Shown here: one piece after another, positions 49,265-59,234 of the stretch
Position numbering within the stretch: the stretch's first letter is position 1
Layout of the letters: every line of letters begins with the position of its first letter
Assembly (NCBI GenBank): GCA_963799845.1
Contig: CAWCYI010000004.1
Span: 320,001 to 384,000 of the forward strand
From: an uncultured Nitrososphaerota archaeon
Lineage (GTDB): Archaea; Thermoproteota; Nitrososphaeria; Nitrososphaerales; CADDZS01
Direction: 5' to 3'
DNA length: 64,000 bases
The notes under the pieces: model-generated
Databases searched by the model: none
What the model was told of the DNA's origin: nothing
What the model saw: only the letters and a program-made list of their open reading frames with translations
Made by a program: the position numbers and the translations under genes

Positions 49265-49759
49265 TTATGTCGGTTTGGTCACGTCAAATTTAGTATCAAC
49301 CTTGATCATTCCGGTGGCAAGATGAATTTCGGCTTCCCGGACACCGGGGATCGATTTTATCTTCTGCGAAGCTTCGTTCATCGAGTCCATGCTCGGATAG
49401 TGAGCTACCACGATCAAGTCGTGCTTTCCCGTGGCTTGCAAAATATGTTTGGTCTCCTCAAGAACAGCGAGTCTTTCAAAAACGTCCTTCAGCTGGTTTG
49501 GTTCTGTAGTTATCATCATTATCGCCGCAAAAGGAAGGCCGATCAATCTAGGATTCAACAGCGCGGTGAATTCCTTTATGACGCCACTTTTCCTCAGTCT
49601 CTCTATCCTGTAGCGTATGGTATTTTCGTTATAGCCTGTTCTTCTTGAAATCTCAGAAGCAGAGGCCCGCGCATCATCCTGCAAAATCGTTAGCAACTTT
49701 CTATCCAAATCGTCTAGGCTGGGCTGTTTGGATTTTTCCTCGATTACAGTTTCAGTCAA
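49265..49759 (-). CDS. Lrp/AsnC transcriptional regulator
   Basis: LDDLDRKLL..LQDDAR.S..EI, RIERL...GVI, TGKHDL. Confidence 0.95.
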   Translation of the reverse strand: MTETVIEEKSKQPSLDDLDRKLLTILQDDARASASEISRRTGYNENTIRYRIERLRKSGVIKEFTALLNPRLIGLPFAAIMMITTEPNQLKDVFERLAVLEETKHILQATGKHDLIVVAHYPSMDSMNEASQKIKSIPGVREAEIHLATGMIKVDTKFDVTKPT

Positions 49760-49782
49760 TGGTCGTTCAAACCACCCAAATC

Positions 49783-50451
49783 TTACGAAATAGTCCTCTT
49801 CCCCTGCCGGTTAGTAGAGTAGGGAGCACTCTTATCGTTGATAATGTTTCTTTCATCAATAAGCGACGTGAGAGTTTTCATTATTTCGTAATGAATTATC
49901 CCCACATCCTGCACAGCATCAATGGTAAACCAGTTCGGCCGCAAAGCCAAGGCGTCATAGACCTCGGAAACACGATTCAGAAAATTGAGATTGGCTTCAA
50001 ATCTATCTCTTGAAGTTTTTCGCATTACCGAGATATCTGGAGAAATTTTGAGATAAAAGATATAATCCGATTTCGGCATACGTCCCTCTAGTTGATCCAG
50101 CCAGAGAAGAGGCAGGCCGTCAGCGACTCCATACGCAATATTTGACTCGCAGTATCGGTTGAGTACGACGATCTTTTTTTCAGAAATCCACCGGTCGATG
50201 GATGGTTTTAGTTCATATCGATTGGCAGAGTAAAGCAGGTGTCTTGTCTCAGCGCCGTATTCATGCTTCCCCATCAGGTAATTCTTGATCTCTTGACCTA
50301 TCGGCGAAGAGTAAAACGGGAAACTCACGTATTCACAGGGAATGCCCTTTTCTCTCAAAACATCAAAGAGCATTCTCGACTGGGTATTTTTACCCGAGGC
50401 ATCTATACCCTCGAAACTTACCAGCACCCCGGTCTCGGTAAACTTGTTCAA
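49783..50451 (-). CDS. tmk: Thymidylate kinase
   Basis: FEGIDASGKNTQ P-loop, LLYSANRYE, LNRY..SN.AYG. Confidence 0.95.
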   Translation of the reverse strand: MNKFTETGVLVSFEGIDASGKNTQSRMLFDVLREKGIPCEYVSFPFYSSPIGQEIKNYLMGKHEYGAETRHLLYSANRYELKPSIDRWISEKKIVVLNRYCESNIAYGVADGLPLLWLDQLEGRMPKSDYIFYLKISPDISVMRKTSRDRFEANLNFLNRVSEVYDALALRPNWFTIDAVQDVGIIHYEIMKTLTSLIDERNIINDKSAPYSTNRQGKRTIS

Positions 50452-50536
50452 CCGCTTGGGCTCTTGAGCTCTCGGCTCATAAAAGGATTGAATTCAGCTA
50501 TTTAACAGGCGGGATGCGAATTCGAGTGGCAGAGAT

Positions 50537-52884
50537 TTGGTAGGAAACCAGACCGCGTCAAGACAGGTCAGTTTTGTCGACCTCCCATTGATAAAATCCG
50601 GACTGTTGGAGAAAAGATCCTACCAGGAGGAGGTCGCCAAATCGTGTTCAGCCCAAAATACGCTCATCATGCTTCCTACCGGTCTGGGAAAAACTGCCAT
50701 TGCTCTGCTAATCGTGGCTGAATTTCTTTCCAAGAACGACGATTCGAGAGCTCTCGTGCTCGCGCCGACTCGAGTTCTCGTTCATCAGCATTACTCCTTT
50801 TTTTCAAACTATCTGGACATTCCAAGCGAGCAGATTGCCATTCTAACGGGCGAGGATCCGCCTGAGATAAGGGATTCTGCATGGAAGAAGAGACTTGTTT
50901 GTGCGACGCCTCAGGTCGCCGCAATTGAATTGGAGAAACAGAAAGTCGATTTGCGAGATTTTTCTTTGATAATTTTCGACGAGGTCCATCGGGCAGTCGG
51001 AAATCATGCCTACACCGTGATAGCTTCGTTATACAATGAATTCAGGCCGGACGGCCGCATAGTCGGCATGACAGCTTCGTTGCCTTCTGACAAGGCCAAA
51101 ATCGAAGAAATTGTGTCAAAACTGAAGATAACTAAAGTCGAAACCCGTGATGAAAAAAGTGAAGATGTTCGGCCTTTTGTTTACAAAACAGATGTTGATT
51201 GGATCGAGGTCGAACTTTCTTCCAGTCTAAAATCGATCCGGGATCTGATGCGAGATTCTTTGAACGCAAGGTTGAAGATGATGGAAGATGCTTCGCTTCT
51301 GCGACGAAATAACTACGGGTCAATTACTCTTAAGGATCTGTTGAAGTTACGAGCAAAGGTAGATCAGATCCAGAGCTCGCAACTCAAAAACGCGCTTTTT
51401 AGCTCGATTAGACTGTATCATGCTCTAAATCTGATTGAGACGCAGAGCCTTTCCGCCTTCAAGAAATTCATGGATAGATTGATGGAGAGGAAGAGAGGAT
51501 ACGGGATGTCAGAGCTGCTTAACGATTCCCGAGTCGTGGAGGCGTACGAAGAGGCAAGAGCCGCTCTCATAGCCGGAAATGAGCATCCGAAAATTACCAA
51601 GCTCCTTGAGCTTGCAAAGTCAGTCAAACCCGGCGAGAGGGCTATTGTCTTCGCGAGTTACAGGGATACGGTGGACCAGATTTACTCAGAGCTTGTCAAA
51701 AATGGTTTCAAAGCCGGCTATCTGATCGGAAAAAGTGGAGAAAGTGGGCAGAGTCAAAAGAGTCAGATTCGATCACTGCGGCAGCTCAGGGAGGGCGTGT
51801 CCGACATTTTGGTCGCAACTCAGGTCGGAGAAGAGGGCCTTGATGTTGCCGATTGTAACATGGTTGTGTTTTACGACAACGTCCCCAGTGCAGTTAGGTT
51901 CGTCCAGCGAAAAGGTAGAACTGGAAGAAAAAAGGAAGGACATCTGTATGTCCTGATCACGAAGGGGACCCGTGACGAAGCATACTACTGGTTGAGTAAG
52001 AGACGTCTCAGTGACACGAAAAAGTTTGCAACTGCTCTGGTGAAGTCAAAGACCGAAAAGAAGGGGCCTCTTGATCAGTTCGTTTCTGCCGGTAGTGAAA
52101 ATACGCCTCTTGTTTATGCGGACACGAGGGAGATTCCCGAGCTTATCGAAAAGATTAGGCAGAGGGGTTCGAGGGTCGAGGTCAAGCAGACTTGATTTTG
52201 GCGATTTTGTCCTTTCAAGCGACGTGGTCATCGAAAGAAAGACGCTTGATGATTTTGTGAAATCAATCTATGACGGAAGACTATTCAAGCAGCTTGCCAC
52301 TATGAGCGAAAAATATTCTCGCCCCATACTGGTAATTCAGGGTGATAAAAAACACCTTTCGGGAATCGGAGAGACTGCATTTTACGGCGCCCTCGCGAGC
52401 GTTCTAGCAGATTTCAAAGTGCCAGTCTTCTTCGCTGCAAACGAAAAGGAGGTTTCAGAAATCATTTTTCATATTGCAAGAAGAGAGCAGGTGGAAAAGA
52501 AAAGGGAGACCAGAATAAGAGAGGGGCGGAAACCAGTTACTCTTTCTGAGAATCAAAGGTACATTGTCTCAGGCATTCCGGGTGTGAGCGGGGTTCTCGC
52601 TGATCGATTGCTGAGTGAAATGGAGACTCTTGAAAAGCTGTTTTCCTCCAGTGAGCTGAGATCTTCTCAAGGTAAGTGGGATAGGTGATATCATGGCAAG
52701 CAGGATCAGAGGACTAGCTACCGCCAGGTACGTCACTGCTACTCCTGCGGAGATGGAAAAAATTGCAGAGAAAGACACGTTGGAGCAGTTTTCAGTCGTC
52801 GAAAATAGAAGTCTGATGGGACTCGAAGTCAAGAGTTCTAAAGAGGAGGAGAACCTGGACATACCTCCTCCTAGCGATGACTGA
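50537..52884 (+). CDS. hef: Hef (FANCM-like helicase plus ERCC4/XPF nuclease plus HhH); frame breaks near 52190 and 52659
   Basis: LPTGLGKT, DEVHRA, GMTAS, GEEGLD, QRKGRTGR; then GDF..S....IERKT..D nuclease motif; HhH IPGVS and V.GIG. Confidence 0.92.
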
Positions 52885-53213
52885 CAGATCTGTTATGCCA
52901 ACTGACAGACTATGGAAACTGCTGCTATCTTAACGCTCGATATTTTTTGTCAATTAAAGGACGCATGGTACTTTTCCCTGCACAATGATCTGCTATCGTA
53001 TCCGAAAATTATCGACGTGAGATATGAGTGAGCGGTTCGATATCTCGATTCTTCGAAAAAGAGAGGGACGAAGATAGGGATACAGCTGGAATTCAAATAC
53101 CCAATTATTATCAAAAGGAAATGAGGGATTTCTCGCGAGATTTGTGACACGAAAATCTAGTCACATTTTTAACCACAATTCCAATTTTCTTTTTCCAAAC
53201 AGCTGACAAGTAA

Positions 53214-54129
53214 GTGAAGAAAACCGACAACATATGGTTCGATGGGGAAATTGTACCATGGGATAAAGCTACAGTTCACGTAATGACGCACTCCCTTCAC
53301 TACGGCAGTGCGATTTTCGAGGGAATAAGATGCTACAATACTGAAAAGGGGACGATGATCTTTCGTCTCGATGCGCATCTCAAGCGTTTTTACAACAGCG
53401 CTAGAATCTATGGGATGCAGATACCATATGCTCCCGACGAGCTTGCATCTGCGATTAAGGAAACTATCCGGTCAAACAACATCAATGAATGTTACATCCG
53501 CCCTATTGCATTCTACGGATGGGACGAGGTCGGTGTAAATCCGCAGGGTAACAGGGTTCATCTTGCCATAGCAGTCTGGCCGTGGCTGCCCTATCTTGGA
53601 GAAGAGGGCCTGAAGAGAGGCGTCAGATGCAAGGTCTCCTCCTGGGCGAGGATAGATCCGAGGTCAATGCCGATGATGGCAAAGGCCGCTGCCAATTATG
53701 CAAACAGCATCCTTGCCCGACTCGAAGCCCAGAACGATGGTTATCATGAAGCGATCCTCCTCAACGGCAGCGGAATGGTTACGGAAGGAACTGGCGAGAA
53801 CATTTTCTTGGTCAGCAACGGTGAGATAGTGACGCCGCCGCTCAGCGCCGGTATCCTTCCGGGAATTACCAGAGAATCGATAATCGAATTGGGACGCAAG
53901 ATGGGTTTCAAAGTCCGGGAAATAAATGTGAGTCGAAGTGAGCTCCTCCTTGCGGATGAGCTGTTCTTTTCGGGAACAGCTGCCGAAGTAACGCCTATCA
54001 GGGAGGTAGACAATCAAAAAATTGGAAACGGCATACGAGGCCCAATCACAGAAAAAATCCAATCAAAATTCTTTGAAATAGTTCGTGGCAAAGATCCTCA
54101 GCTTCTCGCGCTGGCTTAACGCAATTTGA
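53214..54129 (+). CDS. ilvE: Branched-chain amino acid aminotransferase (frame break in the last codons near 54104)
   Basis: HSLHYG..IFEGIR, YIRP, AK...NY, EGTGEN, ILPGITR, GTAAE; the +1 frame gives the typical ...RWLNAI* end at 54129. Confidence 0.95.
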
Positions 54130-54381
54130 AGCCAAATAGGGCCAAGATTGCTGGTTTAAGTTTCAAGAAAGGCCGATTCTGCTATTGCCATAAATTCTGG
54201 TGGTCCCAAGATAAGAAGAGTAATAAGGCGGATTCATGTATAATATAGTTGATGTATTTTAGGGATCAATTTTTTCAAAGTTCCTGCTTTGACTTTTGTC
54301 GGATTATCGGCAACTCGTTTCAACTGGCTTTCACGGCTATTTTCCAAAGGAAATCCTTTGGAGTTTGAGTTGGTGAAATAA

Positions 54382-54948
54382 TTGTCAGAACACATTGGGA
54401 CTCGTCAACTCTACCCGATCAAAGGAGGATATTACGTTCCCGCAGAAACCTTTGTCCTATTGCAGGACTACGAGGAAAAGGACTGGCCCGAGATAGTCTC
54501 AATCGTAGCCGGTTATACAAACGGATACAGCAGCAAGGTCTGCCTTTCTCAAGAAGAGTCTGAAACTCTTCTCAACAAGTTTCAGAGAAAGGAAAGGACT
54601 GAACTGGAGCTCGATGAAAGGATGCAGAAAATACTCATAGCTCTGGTCGAAAGGTCGCCCAGGCGAATATGGGAGATTGCAGAGATAGTCGAGCCACCCC
54701 TTCAGCGAGGTCGAAAAATTATCCCGAGTCCATTCCTACGCTCTGCCATAAAACGGATGAACGGAACTCTTGTTATGAGCACGAAGAGTGAAGTCGAAAT
54801 TACCGATGCCGGATTGAAAGCGGTTTCCAAGGCTGTTGGTAGTACTCGGGTGGCAAAAGCTCGAAAGGATGGAGCCGTAGCAAAGGCCGCGAGGGAACAA
54901 GATTTACAGCTTAGGCGCGAGCAAAACCTTTCTCAAAGCTTGCTCTAA
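54382..54948 (+). CDS. Hypothetical protein with a probable C-terminal winged helix
   Basis: LDERMQKILIAL....PRRIWEIA...EITDAG. Confidence 0.6.
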   Translation: MSEHIGTRQLYPIKGGYYVPAETFVLLQDYEEKDWPEIVSIVAGYTNGYSSKVCLSQEESETLLNKFQRKERTELELDERMQKILIALVERSPRRIWEIAEIVEPPLQRGRKIIPSPFLRSAIKRMNGTLVMSTKSEVEITDAGLKAVSKAVGSTRVAKARKDGAVAKAAREQDLQLRREQNLSQSLL

Positions 54949-55038
54949 TCTGGTTCAACAATTCTTAACTTCAACAAGGAAAAGCCTATCTGAGTCGATC
55001 GTGTCAGAAGGCTAGCCCAAAATTAAGGTGATATTCGA

Positions 55039-56256
55039 ATGGTGAATGGCGTGGTGAAGAATGATCACTTCACTTCCGGTAAAGAGAATTCTTATGTTAC
55101 AACCGGTGGTAAGAGAGTTATTCTCGTGACGTACCCGGACGAATTTGTGCAAAATGAAGCAATCGAACTGACGCAAGCTGCGGGCTATCAGATAATTCAT
55201 CTGTTAACCCAAAAGAGATTGATCCACCAACAGTACGGGGTCGGAAACGGGAAAGCCGAGGAGCTCCGGGATATTGCTGAAAATGAAAAGACTGATATGA
55301 TTATAGTTGACGAACGTCTTTCCTCGGGACAAGCTCACAATCTGGCAAAATTTTGTCATCAAGAAGTGATAGATCGCGAGAGGCTTATTCTGGACATATT
55401 CAATTCCAGAGCAACTACCACTGAAGCCAAGCTTCAGGTAAAACTTGCTGAGTTGAAATATGAAATTCCAAGGGCGAGGGAAGCCGTCAGGATTTCTCTG
55501 AAGGGGGAGCAGGCGGGGTTTATGGGGATGGGAGAATACGCCGTTGATATTAAGTTTAGAGCACTCAAGAGACAGATGGTTTCAATCCAGAAGAAGCTTG
55601 AAGATGCGAGAAGACAACGTCAGCTCTTTAAGACTTCCAGGGCGAAGCTTAACATTCCGTACGTTTCCCTTGCAGGTTACACCAGCAGCGGAAAAACTAC
55701 ACTCTTCAACAAGTTTGTCTCAGAGACAAAAGAAGAGTCTCCCAATCTATTCACAACTCTTACGACGACCACTCGAAGTTTTGAGCCACTGCCACAAAGA
55801 AAAGTACTCTTGTCTGACACTGTCGGGTTCATCAGCAGGCTCCCGACCTACATGGTTGAAGCATTCAAGTCGACCCTGGAGGAGTTGACATACGCGGATC
55901 TTATTTTGCTTATGATAGATTCGAGCGAGCAATTAAGCGATATTCAGATCAAATATCAAAGCTGCAGAGAGGTTCTAGATCAACTCCACATTAATCCGGT
56001 GAAAATTCTATGTGTCCTGAATAAGATCGATCTGGTCCCGAACGAGGAAATCGCTGAGAAGGTAGCAATATTTTGCGATCTCCCCACCATTTCTATTTCG
56101 GCGAAAACTGGAGAAGGCACAAAGAAACTGCGATTGAAAATCGTCCAGAGAGTTTTTGAAGAAGAGGATATTATGAGTGAAGCCCTGGACGAAAGAAAAA
56201 TCGTTTCTGGCAGTCCGCTTCAAGCGATGGATCATCTGGATTCGAACCCTGATTGA
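55039..56256 (+). CDS. hflX: GTPase HflX
   Basis: GKAEEL, DRERLILDIF, EAKLQV.LA, GYTSSGKTT, DTVGFI, NKID, SAK. Confidence 0.95.
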   Translation: MVNGVVKNDHFTSGKENSYVTTGGKRVILVTYPDEFVQNEAIELTQAAGYQIIHLLTQKRLIHQQYGVGNGKAEELRDIAENEKTDMIIVDERLSSGQAHNLAKFCHQEVIDRERLILDIFNSRATTTEAKLQVKLAELKYEIPRAREAVRISLKGEQAGFMGMGEYAVDIKFRALKRQMVSIQKKLEDARRQRQLFKTSRAKLNIPYVSLAGYTSSGKTTLFNKFVSETKEESPNLFTTLTTTTRSFEPLPQRKVLLSDTVGFISRLPTYMVEAFKSTLEELTYADLILLMIDSSEQLSDIQIKYQSCREVLDQLHINPVKILCVLNKIDLVPNEEIAEKVAIFCDLPTISISAKTGEGTKKLRLKIVQRVFEEEDIMSEALDERKIVSGSPLQAMDHLDSNPD

Positions 56257-56323
56257 ACCGGCTTTCGGAGCTGGGGAGATTCCTAATTAGCCCGTCGCGA
56301 TAGGTAAGAAGAGTTTCCTGCAA

Positions 56324-56566
56324 TTGATCAGGACCATTCTCGAAATTATCGGGGCGCTTATTCTGATTGTCTTTGGCCTGCTTTTTCTCCTGTTTCTTCC
56401 CACCACTATTTCAGAAATATCAACTGATGCAATTTTTATCGGGGCTGGAGTACTGATCTTCCGAAAGGCGGTCCTGGATCAAAGGAAGGAAAAAATACAA
56501 AATAGGACAGATCAGAATAATCAAAAGAATCCAAAGTCAAAGACGGAGAAAAAGAAGATGCGATGA
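56324..56566 (+). CDS. Small 2-TM membrane protein
   Basis: Hydrophobic hairpin plus basic tail. Confidence 0.6.
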   Translation: MIRTILEIIGALILIVFGLLFLLFLPTTISEISTDAIFIGAGVLIFRKAVLDQRKEKIQNRTDQNNQKNPKSKTEKKKMR

Positions 56567-56649
56567 TGATTTGAATAAAGAGTTATTTCGGCGCGAATTC
56601 AGAAAGAGCTTAGAATAAGCATGGTTCTTGCTAAGGAATCGATTTTTTA

Positions 56650-56892
56650 TTGAGACCTCTTGAATTGGGGGAAAAGAAGACCCTTTACAGATTCTCCAAA
56701 TCTATTCTTATTCTCTCGGGCGCTTCTTTAATATTTTATGGCGCATGGTACGTCGTTAATGGATTGCTCGAGAGTCCTCACAGTTCTCAATTCTGGTTTG
56801 GCGTATTTCCGGTCTACGTAGGTTCCATGATGATTCTAATTTCGCTTGCGATGCGGATTGAATGGTTTACTGATGCAAGAAGATTCTGGTGA
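56650..56892 (+). CDS. Small 2-TM membrane protein, coupled to the LLM gene
   Basis: Two TMs; the GTGA overlap couples its stop to the next start. Confidence 0.65.
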   Translation: MRPLELGEKKTLYRFSKSILILSGASLIFYGAWYVVNGLLESPHSSQFWFGVFPVYVGSMMILISLAMRIEWFTDARRFW

Positions 56893-57923
56893 CCTCGTTG
56901 ACAAAACGAAAATTCGGTATTTCGATTGAACCGACGTGGCCGATAAAATACTCCGTAGAACTCGCGATCCTGGCAGAAAGAAACGAATTTTCGAATATCT
57001 GGGTTCCAGACGGAGGACCATCTCCTCCCTACAGCGATTCGATAGTTACTCTTGCGGCGGTCGCATCTAGTACTTCAAAAATAAAATTTGGCAGCGCCAT
57101 CCTAAATTTCTACACGCGAAATCCGGCATGGATAGCATCAAGCTTTCTAGCATTGTCTGATCTGGGTTCGAGAGGAAACAGGTCGCCGTCCCAAAGATCG
57201 GTCCTTGGACTTGGAGTTGGGGCGGATTATAACGTGGCTAAGTTTGGAATAAGGAATAGGAAGGGAGTCATTATCGAGCTTCGCGAAGCTATCGAGTCCA
57301 TCTCCGATCTCTTTGAAGGAAAAGAGGTTACCGTCAGAACCGATGCTTACGCTATCGAAGTCGTATCTCTTTCTAAACCCCGGAGGAAAATCCCGATTTA
57401 TGTTGGATCAAGTTCGGCGAAAGGCCTCGAATTGGCGGGAGAAATTTCCGATGGAGTTATCCTCACAGACAGAATTCCCTCAGATATCGAGGAGAGCGTA
57501 AATCACATTATTCTGGGGTTGGCCTACTCTTCGAGAAGCAGGAAAGATATCGAGATTGTAAATTCAGTTGTGGTTTCTATTGATGATGATCGTGAACGAG
57601 CAAGACGTGTAGCCAAACCCACTTGTGCCTATTTAGTAGCGTGGATGAGTGATGAGAAAGCCGAAGCTCATCAAATTGATCTGAGGAATAAAAGTCAAAT
57701 TACAAAATTCATTGAAAGCGGCGATGAAGGATCGGCCGCGAAATTAGTCGACCACAAGATGGTCGACTTGTTGACAGCTTCGGGAAACGTTCATGATTGT
57801 CTCGAAAAATGTAGAGAGTACTTCGAACATGATGTTGATCAGCTAGCCTTTTGTGAACCATTTGGGCCGAGGCCAAAGGACAGCATTACGAAGATAGCAA
57901 TGAAAATAATTCCGAAATTGTAG
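56889..57923 (+). CDS. Luciferase-like (LLM/Mer-like) flavin- or F420-dependent oxidoreductase
   Basis: AE...F..IWVPD, LAAVA..T..IKFGSAILN..TRNP, LGLGVG, IPIYVG, LELAGEISDG. Confidence 0.88.
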   Translation: MTSLTKRKFGISIEPTWPIKYSVELAILAERNEFSNIWVPDGGPSPPYSDSIVTLAAVASSTSKIKFGSAILNFYTRNPAWIASSFLALSDLGSRGNRSPSQRSVLGLGVGADYNVAKFGIRNRKGVIIELREAIESISDLFEGKEVTVRTDAYAIEVVSLSKPRRKIPIYVGSSSAKGLELAGEISDGVILTDRIPSDIEESVNHIILGLAYSSRSRKDIEIVNSVVVSIDDDRERARRVAKPTCAYLVAWMSDEKAEAHQIDLRNKSQITKFIESGDEGSAAKLVDHKMVDLLTASGNVHDCLEKCREYFEHDVDQLAFCEPFGPRPKDSITKIAMKIIPKL

Positions 57924-58006
57924 GCTTACGCCAGCAAGTTAAAATACGCTAATCAGGAAAGATATATCCGCGCATTAAGGATAACCATAGCAAGAGTGAT
58001 CCAGTG

Positions 58007-58045
58007 ATGTTCTTCCAATATCTTCTGCCCTTGTCGGGCCTATAG
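58007..58045 (+). promoter_or_regulatory. Candidate leader peptide MFFQYLLPLSGL upstream of the aro operon
   Basis: 12-codon ORF with Phe-Phe-x-Tyr in the 240-bp aroF leader region. Confidence 0.35.
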
Positions 58046-58163
58046 AACAGTGTAGCGCAAGTATTCCATCTACCGGTCTTTCAAGTACTCAGATTTTACG
58101 TGTTTCTTCAGACAGGCGAACTGCATCCATGAGCCTCATTTTGTTTGAGGGGTCGGTTTCGAT

Positions 58164-59234
58164 TTGAGCATTGTAATGAAACCTTCCGCAACGAAAGACG
58201 AAATTGACGTTGTTATACGTAAGATCAAGTCAGCTGGACTCAGGGCGGATGTCTCTTCCGGAGAGTATCAAACGGTTATTGGTATCGTGGGGGACGAAAA
58301 GAAGGTCGATTTTGACCAGATTAAATCGATGGATGGAGTTTTTGACGCAATTAGAATTCAAGTCCCATATAGGTTAATCAGTCGAAGCTACATACCTTCA
58401 GATATCACGGTTAAGGTCGGGGACATTGCGATAGGAGGCGACAATCCTCCAGTTTACATGGCAGGTCCCTGCTCTATTGAAAGTTACGAGCAACTTTACA
58501 GAATTGCAAGAGAAGTTAAAGACGCGGGTGCACACATCCTCAGAGGTGGCGCGTTTAAGCCCAGAACTTCAGTTCACTCATTCCAAGGACTGGGAGTGGA
58601 AGGGTTGGAACATTTGCAGAATGTAGGAAAAGACCTCGGTATGCCGACCGTGACCGAGATAAGGAGCGAGGTCGATGTTGACACCGTAGCTAGACATACC
58701 GATGTACTCCAAATAGGAGCGAGGAACATGTTCAACCAGGACCTGATTGAGGCTGCGGCCAAAACTGGAAAGCCTATTTTGTTTAAGCGTGGTTTTTCTT
58801 CTCAGATCGATGAATATCTAAGCTTCGCCGAAAGAATCGTTGCAAATGGGAATCGCAACATTTTGCTTTGTGAAAGAGGTATAATGCCGCTCGGGGGCTC
58901 GTTCAAGTTGCAAACGAGATTCACTCTTGACCTCAATGCGGTCCCGGTTCTAAGAAAGGAAACCCCTTTCCCGGTCATTGCTGATCCGAGCCATGGAACT
59001 GGTCGTCGAGATCTTGTTTTACCGATGAGCAGGGCAGCGATCGCATCAGGTGCGCACGGATTAATGATCGAGGTTCACGACCGTCCGCAAGAAGCGTTGA
59101 GTGATGGCGCGCAGGCCGTATTACCGGAAGATCTAAAGAAAATAATCAAGATTTCGGACCTTGTTTACAGAGCAATTCGAGACAGCGGATCTCCTTTTTC
59201 AAGCGACATAAGAAATGGCACCGAGCACGCTTGA
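58164..59234 (+). CDS. aroF: DAHP synthase, type I-beta with N-terminal ACT-like domain
   Basis: AGPCSIES, LRGGAFKPRTS..SFQG, QIGARNM, CERGI, DPSHGTG, EVH..P..ALSDG.Q. Confidence 0.96.
   Translation: MSIVMKPSATKDEIDVVIRKIKSAGLRADVSSGEYQTVIGIVGDEKKVDFDQIKSMDGVFDAIRIQVPYRLISRSYIPSDITVKVGDIAIGGDNPPVYMAGPCSIESYEQLYRIAREVKDAGAHILRGGAFKPRTSVHSFQGLGVEGLEHLQNVGKDLGMPTVTEIRSEVDVDTVARHTDVLQIGARNMFNQDLIEAAAKTGKPILFKRGFSSQIDEYLSFAERIVANGNRNILLCERGIMPLGGSFKLQTRFTLDLNAVPVLRKETPFPVIADPSHGTGRRDLVLPMSRAAIASGAHGLMIEVHDRPQEALSDGAQAVLPEDLKKIIKISDLVYRAIRDSGSPFSSDIRNGTEHA

Noticed and set aside
50537-52884. Hef as a true pseudogene or a naturally split helicase and nuclease
   Set aside because: All motifs are intact, and both breaks are single extra bases at AGCT-related sites like the other probable sequencing artefacts.
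52885-53213. Possible gene remnant between hef and ilvE
   Set aside because: The reading frame is interrupted by stops and has no recognisable family.
56889-57923. Methanogenesis Mer enzyme
   Set aside because: Only generic LLM-family motifs are present and there are no H4MPT pathway genes nearby.
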